A stretch of 64,000 nucleotides of DNA from a virus. The stretch is from IMG/VR virus record IMGVR_UViG_3300045988_077276, positions 6,783 to 70,782 of that record. One strand, written 5' to 3'. Below, piece after piece: positions 7,525 to 16,493 of the stretch (the first letter of the stretch is position 1; every line of letters starts with the position of its first letter). A program made the position numbers and the translations under genes. The notes below the pieces were generated by a model. It saw only the letters and a list, made by a program, of their open reading frames with translations. It was not told the origin of the DNA and did no database searches.

Positions 7525-7553
7525 TTGACAACCATAGTAAAATACTGTATAAT
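7525..7553 (+). promoter_or_regulatory. sigma-70-like promoter
   Basis: TTGACA (7525-7530), 17-nt spacer, TGt-TATAAT (7548-7553). Confidence 0.65.
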
Positions 7554-7559
7554 TAATAT

Positions 7560-8438
7560 ATGGGGTTACAAACAATGAAAGAAAATTCGTTTTTATGTCC
7601 AGATGGTCAAACCATTTTGGTCAAAGATTGCATGAACCAATGCCGTATGGGTCAACGATGTTTGGCAAAACCGTTGTTGGTTAATGCGAGTCGTGTTCGT
7701 GACTTAAACCGAACAAACTTTAGTGTCACCGAGGTGTTGTCACCAACGCTTTATATGTATCTAAAGGCAACCCATAATGAAACGATTAATCCGTTTTCAT
7801 CTATTGCTGCAACGGTTGGTACATCGGTTCATGGCATATTGGAAAACTGTTTGCCACACAATTACGCTGGTGAGTTTAGGTTGAACTATGAGGGATTGAC
7901 TGGACAGATGGACTGTATTGACCTAGAGCATCACACATTATACGATTACAAAGTCGTTGGTGCATACAAATGTGCGACAATGATGGGTGGTCGTCCATTG
8001 TGGAAACCATATACAATCAAACGTGGTAAACGCAAGGGTGAAACAGAGATGCGACAACAATGGTTTTATGACGGTTTACATCATTATGGTGATTACTGTA
8101 AACAACAAAATCTATACAGAATATTGTTGAACAAACACGGTATACCAATTAAGGATATGTTTTTGCAAGTAATCATTAAAGAGCCAATCAATACAATCAA
8201 GACATTTAACTTGGATAAGCAATGTTATCTATTGAAGCTACCAAAGATGAATGACCAACGATTGCTTGATTATGCATTATATAAAAAAGATGCTTTGGTG
8301 ACTGCTATTGCAACCAATAATATGCCACGACAATGTTCTGCCAAAGACAGATGGGTGTCTAAAACGTATCCAATGGGTCGTAGATGCAAGGATTATTGCT
8401 CGGTGTCATATTGTTGTCCGTATTATAATAAGGGGTAA
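7560..8438 (+). CDS. PD-(D/E)XK nuclease, Cas4/RecB-like, with Fe-S-type cysteines
   Basis: MDCIDLEHHTLYDYKVVG fits D...(D/E)xK. Cysteine clusters sit at both ends (CPDG..C..C..C; CKDYCSVSYCC). The true start may be the ATG at 7575. Confidence 0.5.
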   Translation: MGLQTMKENSFLCPDGQTILVKDCMNQCRMGQRCLAKPLLVNASRVRDLNRTNFSVTEVLSPTLYMYLKATHNETINPFSSIAATVGTSVHGILENCLPHNYAGEFRLNYEGLTGQMDCIDLEHHTLYDYKVVGAYKCATMMGGRPLWKPYTIKRGKRKGETEMRQQWFYDGLHHYGDYCKQQNLYRILLNKHGIPIKDMFLQVIIKEPINTIKTFNLDKQCYLLKLPKMNDQRLLDYALYKKDALVTAIATNNMPRQCSAKDRWVSKTYPMGRRCKDYCSVSYCCPYYNKG

Positions 8439-8441
8439 AAT

Positions 8442-8750
8442 ATGGTTAATATCAAAACACAGGAATTTAGAACCATTGACAAGTATCGCATTACTGCGAT
8501 TAAACGACAAAGCCGAACGGCTTTTGTCAACGAAGTTAAAGTCGGTGATGAGTTCTACTTATGCACAAAATTACATGGGGAGAAAACACAAGCTGGTTAT
8601 CTCGCACCACGAGTACGGTTGTATTTTCCAGATAAAAACCGTTATACAAAATACACAACGCAAGAACGTATGCAACAAATCTTTGGATTTAATTTTGATG
8701 TCGAAGTTGTGAAAGATACAACGGACACCGTAGGGAGTAACGTACAATGA
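8442..8750 (+). CDS. hypothetical protein
   Basis: 102-aa ORF, tightly packed in the operon. Confidence 0.5.
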   Translation: MVNIKTQEFRTIDKYRITAIKRQSRTAFVNEVKVGDEFYLCTKLHGEKTQAGYLAPRVRLYFPDKNRYTKYTTQERMQQIFGFNFDVEVVKDTTDTVGSNVQ

Positions 8751-9421
8751 TTCTTGTTGGTCGTGCTGGTAGTGGCAAAGATACGGTGGCAGATTTGTTG
8801 TGCGACAATCTACCGAGATATGCCTTTGCCGATGCCTTAAAAGAAACAATTCATGTGATTCAAGAACAAGGTGTCAACGCTGGTATGGAATATTTGTCCT
8901 CTCTTAGTGGACATTCTGTTGAAGAATTAAGCGGCATCTTACCAGTTGTGCAAACGATTGAGAAAACGGTTCTTGACGGTAAACAACGTGGTCATTTACA
9001 GTCGTTGGGTAACGGTTTACGAGCGTTGTTTCAAGACTTTTGGATAGTCGTTCTCCGCAACAGATTAATCGAAGACAATCCAAAGGGTTACATCGTGACG
9101 GATTGCCGATACGAAAACGAACTAAAGATGTTGCAAGAATTGGACGTTGGAGAGCCATACTATCAGAAGTCCATATTCATTTCTGCGAATAAACGAGAAC
9201 GTATCAAACGCATGAAGCAACGTGATGGCTCTTGCGACACCTCTAAGTTGAATGATGTGTCTGAAACATCTGTTGACTCAATGAAGCATATGTGTGATTA
9301 CACAATCAATAATTCTAAAGATTTAACACACTTAAAAACATTGGTTGACAACATCAATCGTGACATCCAAAGGGAGAAACAAGAATATGGTCAAGGAACT
9401 ACACATGATTGCAATAATTGA
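8747..9421 (+). CDS. P-loop kinase, dNMP-kinase-like
   Basis: N-terminal ILVGRAGSGKDT P-loop, typical of phage deoxynucleotide monophosphate kinases. Start overlaps the upstream stop. Confidence 0.5.
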   Translation: MILVGRAGSGKDTVADLLCDNLPRYAFADALKETIHVIQEQGVNAGMEYLSSLSGHSVEELSGILPVVQTIEKTVLDGKQRGHLQSLGNGLRALFQDFWIVVLRNRLIEDNPKGYIVTDCRYENELKMLQELDVGEPYYQKSIFISANKRERIKRMKQRDGSCDTSKLNDVSETSVDSMKHMCDYTINNSKDLTHLKTLVDNINRDIQREKQEYGQGTTHDCNN

Positions 9422-9569
9422 TTATCGAACAAGCGAACTAAAGGCGGAAATTCGTAGACGAATGATGCAATCTGAATTATCAGAACAAGAAGCCGTTCAT
9501 TTAGTGGACAAGGCTTGTGACGATATGACAGATGCCGTAAGTCGTTTGTATTCAAAAGCGGAGTTATAA
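9387..9569 (+). CDS. hypothetical protein
   Basis: Small ORF with GGGAG 10 nt before ATG 9387. Start is uncertain (the track ORF begins at 9345). Confidence 0.3.
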   Translation: MVKELHMIAIIDYRTSELKAEIRRRMMQSELSEQEAVHLVDKACDDMTDAVSRLYSKAEL

Positions 9570-9988
9570 TGAAGTTAATCTATTCTGGAGTTGTAATGGG
9601 CGACCCAGTACCACAGGGAAGACCACGGTTAAGTGGTCGAGGTCGTTTTGTAAGAGCCTATGACCCTCCAAAGTCTAAAGCGTATAAACAACTGATAAAA
9701 GATTCAATTGAACACCCAAAGGATTTAACGGACGTACCATTATTGTTTGAACTTGATGTGTACCGTAAAATCCCCTCTAGTGTTCGCAAAAAAGACCATC
9801 AAGATATGGTCGATGGACTAATTCTACCAACGAAGAAACCAGATATTGATAATGTACTGAAAGGCGTTATGGATGCGTTATCTGGCGTAATATGGGTCGA
9901 TGATAACCAAGTGTGCGATGTAATCACACGCAAGCGTTATAGCGAGCATCCACGAATTGAATTTAAGGTGTACGATATTACACCCTAG
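9569..9988 (+). CDS. rusA: RusA-family Holliday junction resolvase
   Basis: GDPVPQGRPR...PDIDNVLKGVMDALSGVIWVDDNQV matches RusA signature segments. Confidence 0.8.
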   Translation: MKLIYSGVVMGDPVPQGRPRLSGRGRFVRAYDPPKSKAYKQLIKDSIEHPKDLTDVPLLFELDVYRKIPSSVRKKDHQDMVDGLILPTKKPDIDNVLKGVMDALSGVIWVDDNQVCDVITRKRYSEHPRIEFKVYDITP

Positions 9989-9998
9989 GGGGATACAA

Positions 9999-10556
9999 AT
10001 GTTAGAACAAAAATTGACAAATACAGACGGTCTTGATAAAATGTGGGGTTTACATCTTGTGTGGTTCGATGGTGTTTCATACCAATTGACACCGATTGAA
10101 TCCACAGATGCCGAAGATATTCGTGAATGTTGCCCTCATTGGGTGGTATACTTGACTGGTGACATTCAAGAAGATTGCGATGAAATCGCACGACAAACCT
10201 TTTTAAAGGGCGAAGCCTATGATAAGTGCTTGTGCGACATCGGTTTAATTGAAGAAGACGATGTAATTGACGTAACAGATTTTAAAATTTATCTACAGGT
10301 GACAGATGATTTAAAACCACATGAACATTGGGTTCTCAAAGAACATGAACACGTTGGAAACGACTACATCTGCGTGTATGCCGTAGATGAACCAAACAAA
10401 TCCAAGGTCAATAAAATTATTGCTGGTGCTTTGGTGAATGGCTATGATTTGGAAACCGCAGCAATCTGGGTCATGAAACTTGGGTATAAGGCACAAGATA
10501 GATTACAAAAGCAATTCGCTGATATTGCATCTACAGTTGAATCATGGACGGTTTAA
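9999..10556 (+). CDS. hypothetical acidic protein
   Basis: GGGGGA lies before ATG 9999. About 185 aa. Confidence 0.5.
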   Translation: MLEQKLTNTDGLDKMWGLHLVWFDGVSYQLTPIESTDAEDIRECCPHWVVYLTGDIQEDCDEIARQTFLKGEAYDKCLCDIGLIEEDDVIDVTDFKIYLQVTDDLKPHEHWVLKEHEHVGNDYICVYAVDEPNKSKVNKIIAGALVNGYDLETAAIWVMKLGYKAQDRLQKQFADIASTVESWTV

Positions 10557-10646
10557 CCGCATTAATTTTATTAGTGATTGTGCAACGGATGTGTCTTGTG
10601 ATACTGATGTTTGCACTTGGGTATTTATTATACATGGGAGGTAAGC

Positions 10647-10964
10647 ATGATTAAAAAATTATTGATTGCAGCTTACGTATTCTTTGGTATGTGTATGGGG
10701 CAAACATACGCATATCAAATGCAAGCCGAGGTATCTGCATACACAGACCGTGGTACAATGGCAAACGGTGAATGGACTCACGATGGAGCAATCGCAAGTG
10801 ATGATTTGCCGTTCGGCACACGAGTAATTATCAATGGTCGAACGTATGTTGTCAAAGATAGATTCGGTGGTGGCTATTCCAATGCCATTGACATCTGGAT
10901 GCCATCATACGAAGATGCAATTCAGTTTGGACGACAGTATATTACTGTTGAAGTCTTGGTATAA
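10647..10964 (+). CDS. secreted 3D-domain (RlpA/MltA-like fold) protein
   Basis: Signal peptide MIKKLLIAAYVFFGMCMGQTYA, followed by AYTDRGTMANG...ASDDLPFGTRV...VKDRFGGGYSNAIDIWM, typical of the 3D domain. Confidence 0.7.
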   Translation: MIKKLLIAAYVFFGMCMGQTYAYQMQAEVSAYTDRGTMANGEWTHDGAIASDDLPFGTRVIINGRTYVVKDRFGGGYSNAIDIWMPSYEDAIQFGRQYITVEVLV

Positions 10965-10980
10965 ATCACGGAGGGAAATT

Positions 10981-11463
10981 ATGATTACGGTAAGATTAAA
11001 AACACAAGAAGAACCAGCGGAGCGAGTACGAGGGTTTGAATACGTATCACGCCTAGGAGCAATCGTTAAGAAACCAACACGAGGGTCAATCCATAGTGCT
11101 GGTTATGATATTTATGCCTATGACGACTATGAAATTGAACCAAAACAATCTGTATTGATTAAAACTGGCATCAAAGCGTATATGCCACCAGATGAATACT
11201 TGGATTTACGTGTTCGTTCATCCTTGGGTATTAAACGCCAATTAATGCTTGCGACTGGTGCATCGGTTATTGATTCCGATTATTATAACAATCCAGATAA
11301 CGAGGGTGAAATCATGGTTGTATTATATAACTATGGGGATGAACCCCAGACAATCGAAGCTGGCGAACGTATCGTTCAAGGTATTTTCACAAAGTATTTC
11401 TTGATTGATGATGATGATACCACAGACCAACGTACTGGTGGTACTGGCTCAACAAATAAATAA
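10981..11463 (+). CDS. dut: dUTP diphosphatase (trimeric dUTPase)
   Basis: GSIHSAGYDIY, RVRSSLG, GASVIDSDYYNNPDNEGEI and GERIVQGIF match dUTPase motifs 1-4. GGAGGG lies before ATG 10981. Confidence 0.85.
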   Translation: MITVRLKTQEEPAERVRGFEYVSRLGAIVKKPTRGSIHSAGYDIYAYDDYEIEPKQSVLIKTGIKAYMPPDEYLDLRVRSSLGIKRQLMLATGASVIDSDYYNNPDNEGEIMVVLYNYGDEPQTIEAGERIVQGIFTKYFLIDDDDTTDQRTGGTGSTNK

Positions 11464-11482
11464 TTGGAGATAAACACAATCC

Positions 11483-11800
11483 ATGAAACGATTTATGTAT
11501 TTAGTGGATATGTTTAAGAATGGGGAATTATATCGTATCTCTATTTATGGGGAGAGTAGAGATACGATTCAACAATATTTATACGATATATCACCAGAGG
11601 TAATCTTTGTGAGAGAAGACGAAGAAACCGAACGACAACAAAAGAAACGCCTTAAGGGTAATTTTCGTAAGATATATCACAATGGAGAATACATTGGTAC
11701 AATCGTTCAATGTGATTTCAGAACAGACAGATGTCAGTCCATTGGAGAACGGTCAAAGAAAATTATTGGTATTGACAGTCGTTATAAGGTGGTTGAATGA
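11483..11800 (+). CDS. hypothetical protein
   Basis: 105-aa ORF; stop overlaps the next start. Confidence 0.5.
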   Translation: MKRFMYLVDMFKNGELYRISIYGESRDTIQQYLYDISPEVIFVREDEETERQQKKRLKGNFRKIYHNGEYIGTIVQCDFRTDRCQSIGERSKKIIGIDSRYKVVE

Positions 11801-12450
11801 ATAGATTTACACAATTCATGTGTTCAAACATGAGTAATTTAACAAAAATACAACAGTTTGAGAAACAATATTCTTTTGACGAGTTTGCACAGAACAAGCA
11901 GAAGCAGCGGATTTTAAATCGCTTGAACCGTTTACGGTCAATTGATTATGCAGACTCACCAGAAGACATTGTGTTGCAACAAGAAGAATTTGAGAGAATG
12001 TCGTATGCACTCATTCGGTTACGTTCTGAATTGGGCGTTAAAAACACGCAATTGTTAATTCTACGTGCTGGTTACCGCAAGAAGTTAAAGGACATCGCAA
12101 AGGAACTGGGGTTGTCTTATACATATGTCTGCTCCAAGTATAAACTGGTTAAGAAACAGGCGAAAGAAATCGTCTTGCAACTGATGGAAGAAAACACGGT
12201 TGACGTTGATATGTTTCAACCAGTCAAGAATCTGTATTTTGCCACAACGCCAAAAGACAAACTGAATTATCCATTTGATTCTGCACGAAACACATTCAAG
12301 AAATATCACATCTATAAGGGTGAGCATCGTGAATCATTCCATTGTAAAGCCATTGAATATCTTGACGAGTGCTTTGGTGACAAGAAAACAATTTGTAATT
12401 ATTGCGGTAAGCAATGTACACGATTAAACGATATGGAGGAACGCATTTGA
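11797..12450 (+). CDS. sigma-factor-like transcription regulator (region-4 HTH) with C-terminal Cys motif
   Basis: LLILRAGYRKKLKDIAKELGLSYTYVCSKYKLVKKQAKE resembles the sigma-70 region 4.2 HTH. The C-terminus carries CNYCGKQC. Confidence 0.4.
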   Translation: MNRFTQFMCSNMSNLTKIQQFEKQYSFDEFAQNKQKQRILNRLNRLRSIDYADSPEDIVLQQEEFERMSYALIRLRSELGVKNTQLLILRAGYRKKLKDIAKELGLSYTYVCSKYKLVKKQAKEIVLQLMEENTVDVDMFQPVKNLYFATTPKDKLNYPFDSARNTFKKYHIYKGEHRESFHCKAIEYLDECFGDKKTICNYCGKQCTRLNDMEERI

Positions 12451-13244
12451 ACATCGCAGAACATTCTCTGAATACAAACAAATTAGATATGCGTGTGGAT
12501 GCAGACCGTGCATACATTGCCGATGTATCCGATATACACGTTGGGAATATCTATCACAATAGACAAAAGTTTGAAGACTTTTTGTCCAAAGTACAATCCA
12601 TTGATAATCTATATTTGATTATCGGTGGTGATTCTACAGATAATGCAACCACAAACTCCGCATCATCTGTATTTGAACAATCGGAACATGGTGGCGACCA
12701 AGTGTTGACCGCTTATCATTTATTACAACCGATTAAAGACCGCATCTTGTTTTGCCGTAGTGGCAACCACGGATATGAACGTGCGTTAAAACATAATAAA
12801 TTAATACCAGAACAGATGTTAGCGGAACTATTGGGTGTTCCATTTTACCACGGTATGGCAAGCGTATTCTTTAATGTCAATAAGAATCTGTATGTTATTG
12901 GTACTTGGCACAATGCAAAGAAACCAACGGCAATGGAATGGTTACATACCGATATTACATTTTATGAACACTTGCATAAAACCAATTGGGAGAAAACTCA
13001 TGTGGCAACACCAAACCGTATTGCTAAGGCTTGGTCAATGACTGAACATTATGATATACAATCTGGTTCATTCCTTGGTTGGGGCGGTTACTCCGCAGAC
13101 AAGGGTTACAGACCATTGGATTGTGGTACATCCATCGTAGAGTTATCTGGTGAAAGAAACAAGAAGTCAATTCGTGTTCATTCCGACATTGACCATGTGT
13201 TGGAACTGGAAGAATTGCGAAAGTGTGTACATGATGCCACTTAA
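12447..13244 (+). CDS. calcineurin-like metallophosphoesterase
   Basis: Motifs DIHVG, GGDSTD and GNHGYE. GGAGGA lies 7 nt before the in-frame TTG at 12447 (the track start 12414 is less likely). Confidence 0.7.
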   Translation: MNIAEHSLNTNKLDMRVDADRAYIADVSDIHVGNIYHNRQKFEDFLSKVQSIDNLYLIIGGDSTDNATTNSASSVFEQSEHGGDQVLTAYHLLQPIKDRILFCRSGNHGYERALKHNKLIPEQMLAELLGVPFYHGMASVFFNVNKNLYVIGTWHNAKKPTAMEWLHTDITFYEHLHKTNWEKTHVATPNRIAKAWSMTEHYDIQSGSFLGWGGYSADKGYRPLDCGTSIVELSGERNKKSIRVHSDIDHVLELEELRKCVHDAT

Positions 13245-13476
13245 AGGAACACGTAAGAAGACAACTAAGACAACAAAGAAACCAACCAAGAATCAAATCA
13301 AGGTTGTAAAACCAAAAGCACCAACCAAACGTAAACGCAAGCCACCAAAACCCAAGACACCACTCGATGCCATTCACAAGAAATGTCGTGAGTGTTGTTG
13401 TGGTACTCTTGCGGAAGTACAGGCGTGTGAAATTGATGATTGTGCATTATGGCATTATCGCATGACGGAAGATTAA
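13231..13476 (+). CDS. basic Cys-rich small protein
   Basis: MMPLKGTRKKTTKTTKK...CRECCCGTLAEVQACEIDDCALWHY: a lysine-rich N-terminus and a zinc-binding-like C-terminus. Confidence 0.45.
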   Translation: MMPLKGTRKKTTKTTKKPTKNQIKVVKPKAPTKRKRKPPKPKTPLDAIHKKCRECCCGTLAEVQACEIDDCALWHYRMTED

Positions 13477-13496
13477 TTTCTTCCGTCTTTTTTTTA
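13464..13496 (+). terminator. intrinsic terminator
   Basis: Stem gacggaaga/tcttccgtc with a 6-nt loop, then T9. Confidence 0.8.
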
Positions 13497-13504
13497 TTTT
13501 GTTA

Positions 13505-13533
13505 TTGACATAAATGTAATCATGTGATATTCT
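13505..13533 (+). promoter_or_regulatory. sigma-70-like promoter (candidate)
   Basis: TTGACA (13505-13510), 17-nt spacer, TGa-TATTCT. Confidence 0.4.
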
Positions 13534-13572
13534 TATATCAGAACAACAAATGATTAAGCATTGGAGGTTCAC

Positions 13573-13710
13573 ATGAAAAGAAAATGCTATGTGGTGCCAC
13601 ATGGGTTTCATTATATGGATGTTTTAAAACCATATTTTGAACAGGGTTGGTCTTTAACAAAAGTTATGCGTATCGGTAAAGATACCTCTGTTGTTATCAC
13701 TCGTCTATAG
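13573..13710 (+). CDS. small hypothetical protein (45 aa, below the track cutoff)
   Basis: GGAGG lies 5 nt before ATG 13573. Translation: MKRKCYVVPHGFHYMDVLKPYFEQGWSLTKVMRIGKDTSVVITRL. Confidence 0.4.
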   Translation: MKRKCYVVPHGFHYMDVLKPYFEQGWSLTKVMRIGKDTSVVITRL

Positions 13711-13723
13711 AAAGTAGGTACAT

Positions 13724-14176
13724 ATGTTAAAATCAAAGTATTTAACACAACAAGGTTTAGAATATTTTCTAAAGGGTCTATATAACCAAGGATTTCGGTT
13801 TATATTTTATGACCCAACTATAAAGATATATATCGCATCCGAACAAGAGCCATACTTTAAAGATAATAAATATATGCATTGTTATGGAAATAAAAAATCT
13901 GCTATTGTAAGTTCTTTGGAAGTTACCATTGTGAAAGAACTGTTAGAGATGTATTTGTATATTGAGATTGACAAATTCATTGATGTTGTTGACTGGAAAA
14001 ATGTTCCTGTGGATACGAAAATAATCGTGTCACATTCAACAGGCAGTCCAGACTATTGTCGCTATTTTGCAGAATACAGTGATGGAAAAGTATATGCTTG
14101 GGATTATGGTGCAACCTCATGGAGTAGTTCGGCTCAATCAAAAAGTTGGTGGGAACACGCAAAACTTGCGGAATAA
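13724..14176 (+). CDS. hypothetical protein
   Basis: 150-aa ORF. Confidence 0.5.
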   Translation: MLKSKYLTQQGLEYFLKGLYNQGFRFIFYDPTIKIYIASEQEPYFKDNKYMHCYGNKKSAIVSSLEVTIVKELLEMYLYIEIDKFIDVVDWKNVPVDTKIIVSHSTGSPDYCRYFAEYSDGKVYAWDYGATSWSSSAQSKSWWEHAKLAE

Positions 14177-14180
14177 ATAC

Positions 14181-14209
14181 TTGACACAATTGCAATACTT
14201 TGGTATTAT
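14181..14209 (+). promoter_or_regulatory. sigma-70-like promoter
   Basis: TTGACA (14181-14186), 17-nt spacer, TGg-TATTAT (14204-14209). Confidence 0.6.
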
Positions 14210-14227
14210 ACCCATAGGAGATACAAA

Positions 14228-14512
14228 ATGGCATACAAAGGTTTTGGCGGTGGTCGAACACTACCAGATAAGCGAGAGTACTTTTTAGAGTATGGCGATG
14301 GGTTTGACCACATCTTAGACCGATGTCAAACAACATTGGGTTGTCGCAAGTGTCACACTAAGCCTGTTGCCATAATCGAACATCGTAGAACTAAAGATTC
14401 ACAATGGATTTATCTTGCGTGTCCAAAGCATCCCAAGAATAGAACCTATGTGAACTTGGATTACGATATTATGTTTAAATCTTGGGATTTGTTACAAAGG
14501 AGGAAATTATGA
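14228..14512 (+). CDS. hypothetical Cys-containing protein
   Basis: 94-aa ORF with GGAGA upstream. Contains CQTTLGCRKCH...CPKH. Confidence 0.5.
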   Translation: MAYKGFGGGRTLPDKREYFLEYGDGFDHILDRCQTTLGCRKCHTKPVAIIEHRRTKDSQWIYLACPKHPKNRTYVNLDYDIMFKSWDLLQRRKL

Positions 14513-14721
14513 AACGAAAAGCACAAACTAAGAGGTATATCGAGGACGACATTTTACGGATGATACGCTTGGGTTCAATCGTATTGTTATTAGGGTCATT
14601 TATTCGATTATTTTGGTTTAATGATTCCGATTGGTTCGCAGCAATGGTTATGTCAATCATGTCAATTACATTGTTACCAACTAAGTTAGACCATCCACAG
14701 GAGGACGAAGATGAGATTTAG
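14509..14721 (+). CDS. small membrane protein
   Basis: AGGAGG lies before ATG 14509. Two hydrophobic segments (IVLLLGSFIRLFWF; FAAMVMSIMSITLL). Confidence 0.5.
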   Translation: MKRKAQTKRYIEDDILRMIRLGSIVLLLGSFIRLFWFNDSDWFAAMVMSIMSITLLPTKLDHPQEDEDEI

Positions 14722-14965
14722 TACTGCATTTGAACATATGTTAAACGGTAAAGCCATTCGTAGATACCACTGGAAACCAGAGTCTTGTTTAAGACTCAAA
14801 CGAGGGAAAATATATGTGTGTACATCAACAGAACACAAGTTACTGGGGTCGCTTAATGCATCTGCTATTATGGCAAGTGATTGGCAAGTCGTTGGCGAAG
14901 AAATGTGCTATAAGAAAGATGAAAGCATTATGCGATTCTTTGAAAGTTTAAATGGTATGATATAA
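14711..14965 (+). CDS. DUF2829-like (Tad2-like) protein
   Basis: MRFSTAFEHMLNGKAIRRYHW...LNASAIMASDWQVV fits the DUF2829 pattern (F..A....GK.IRR..W ... DW.V). Confidence 0.55.
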   Translation: MRFSTAFEHMLNGKAIRRYHWKPESCLRLKRGKIYVCTSTEHKLLGSLNASAIMASDWQVVGEEMCYKKDESIMRFFESLNGMI

Positions 14966-14983
14966 ACGAAAGTGAGAAAACAA

Positions 14984-15745
14984 ATGAACAACACAACAAA
15001 AACAACAATTTTATCCGCAGTATTCGCAATGGCAACAATGGGTGCGTTCGCAAATCCAGTTGCGTTTGGTTCTTTAGAACCATCTGCCGTAAACCCAACT
15101 GTGAGTGGTTACAATAGCGTTGCCGTTGGTGCAAACACAAGTGTAAACGGTACGAATACAATCGTTGTTGGTCGTGACAATACGATTAATGGTGACGATA
15201 ATATTATCTTGGGTGGTGGCAACGGTACAGTTAACACAAACCAAACAACGGTGCTTGGGTATAACAATTATATTGGCAGCCACGTAGAACAAACCATCAT
15301 TGGTGCAAACAATACAGCAGACATCCGTGCAAACGAACATACACTTCTTGACCATGACCAACGTATTACTACATTGGAACACTCTAGTCAACAATTGTTG
15401 GGTGACATTGACAATAAACTAAAGGGGTTGGAACGTGGCACAAACACAGCCATTGCATCTGTATCCGCTTTGGGTGCATTACATTGGAATGGTTTTGATG
15501 CACATAACAAACTTGCTTTGAGTGCTGGCTTTGGTCATTACAAAAATGCAAACGCTGGGGCAATCGGTGCGTTCTATGCTCCGAATGAAAACGTAATGTT
15601 CTACGTTGGTCAATCTTTTGGTCACTCTCCAGTAACAAACGCATCTGTTAATTTCAAGGTTGGTAAAACAACGAATGTTAAACGTGATGAACTAAAAGAC
15701 TTAAAAGAACGTGTTGAAATGTTGGAAAACTTATTGTCTAAATAG
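14984..15745 (+). CDS. trimeric autotransporter adhesin (YadA-like), short, with post-anchor C-terminal coiled coil
   Basis: Signal peptide MNNTTKTTILSAVFAMATMGAFA; head repeats (NSVAVGANTSVNGTNTIVVG...); coiled stalk; YadA-anchor-like AIASVSALGAL...ALSAGFGHYKNANAGAIGAFY...VNFKVG; then about 26 extra residues DELKDLKERVEMLENLLSK. Confidence 0.7.
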   Translation: MNNTTKTTILSAVFAMATMGAFANPVAFGSLEPSAVNPTVSGYNSVAVGANTSVNGTNTIVVGRDNTINGDDNIILGGGNGTVNTNQTTVLGYNNYIGSHVEQTIIGANNTADIRANEHTLLDHDQRITTLEHSSQQLLGDIDNKLKGLERGTNTAIASVSALGALHWNGFDAHNKLALSAGFGHYKNANAGAIGAFYAPNENVMFYVGQSFGHSPVTNASVNFKVGKTTNVKRDELKDLKERVEMLENLLSK

Positions 15746-15754
15746 ATTATATAT

Positions 15755-15773
15755 GGGCGGTGTAAAACCGCCC
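15755..15773 (+). terminator. GC hairpin after the adhesin gene (weak terminator candidate)
   Basis: Stem gggcgg/ccgccc with a 7-nt loop. No clear T-run. Confidence 0.3.
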
Positions 15774-15788
15774 TATGTGGAGAGTCAA

Positions 15789-16493
15789 ATGAATTTTAAG
15801 GGTAATTACGAGTTACTGAATGGTGACTGTATGGATATGTTACCAGATATTCGACACATATTATTCGAGGAGCGACAAAAATACATTATTGTCACAGACC
15901 CTCCATTCAATGTTGGATACAAATATAACACATACAAAGATAGAATGTCCGAAGAATCTTATAGAGAAATGTTATATGATATTTTTTCTGGTGTAAATCC
16001 ATCTGTTGTTATACATTATCCAGAACAGTTGTATCAACTTGCGGTTGACATCGGAAGACCACCAGCACGTGTTGTATCTTGGGTATATAATACGAATAAC
16101 CGCAGACAACATCGTGATATTGCGTTCTTTGGTATTACACCAGATTTTAAACGTGTATTACAACCGTATAAAAACCCAAACGACAAACGAATTAAACGAT
16201 TGATTGCCAATGGGTCTATGGGTACACCGATTTATGATTGGTGGAATGTCAATATCGTTAAGAATGTATCGAAAGAAAAGACGGCACACCCATGTCAAAT
16301 GCCACTGGAAGTGATGAAAAACATCATTGGCATATTACCGGATGATTATGTTATCATTGACCCATTCATGGGTTCTGGTACAACTGGCGTTGCGTGTCGT
16401 CAATTAAACCGAAAGTTTATTGGTATAGAATTAGATAAAGAATATTATGAGATTGCGTACAAACGCATATCGGAGGTATATAATGAAGATTGA
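15789..16493 (+). CDS. DNA methyltransferase, N6-adenine/N4-cytosine (beta class)
   Basis: IIVTDPPFNVGY (motif IV) precedes IIDPFMGSGTTGVA (motif I). HPCQMPLEV is typical of the N6_N4_MTase family. Confidence 0.8.
   Translation: MNFKGNYELLNGDCMDMLPDIRHILFEERQKYIIVTDPPFNVGYKYNTYKDRMSEESYREMLYDIFSGVNPSVVIHYPEQLYQLAVDIGRPPARVVSWVYNTNNRRQHRDIAFFGITPDFKRVLQPYKNPNDKRIKRLIANGSMGTPIYDWWNVNIVKNVSKEKTAHPCQMPLEVMKNIIGILPDDYVIIDPFMGSGTTGVACRQLNRKFIGIELDKEYYEIAYKRISEVYNED

Noticed and set aside
8308-8712. 134-aa + strand ORF overlapping the end of the nuclease gene and the next gene
   Set aside because: It is out of frame with two well-supported genes that have proper RBS and stop-start coupling. No independent signal supports it.
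14940-14966. A dedicated promoter for the autotransporter gene (TTGAAA ... TATAAA)
   Set aside because: The spacer is only 15 nt or otherwise poorly positioned. The gene may simply be co-transcribed with the upstream operon.
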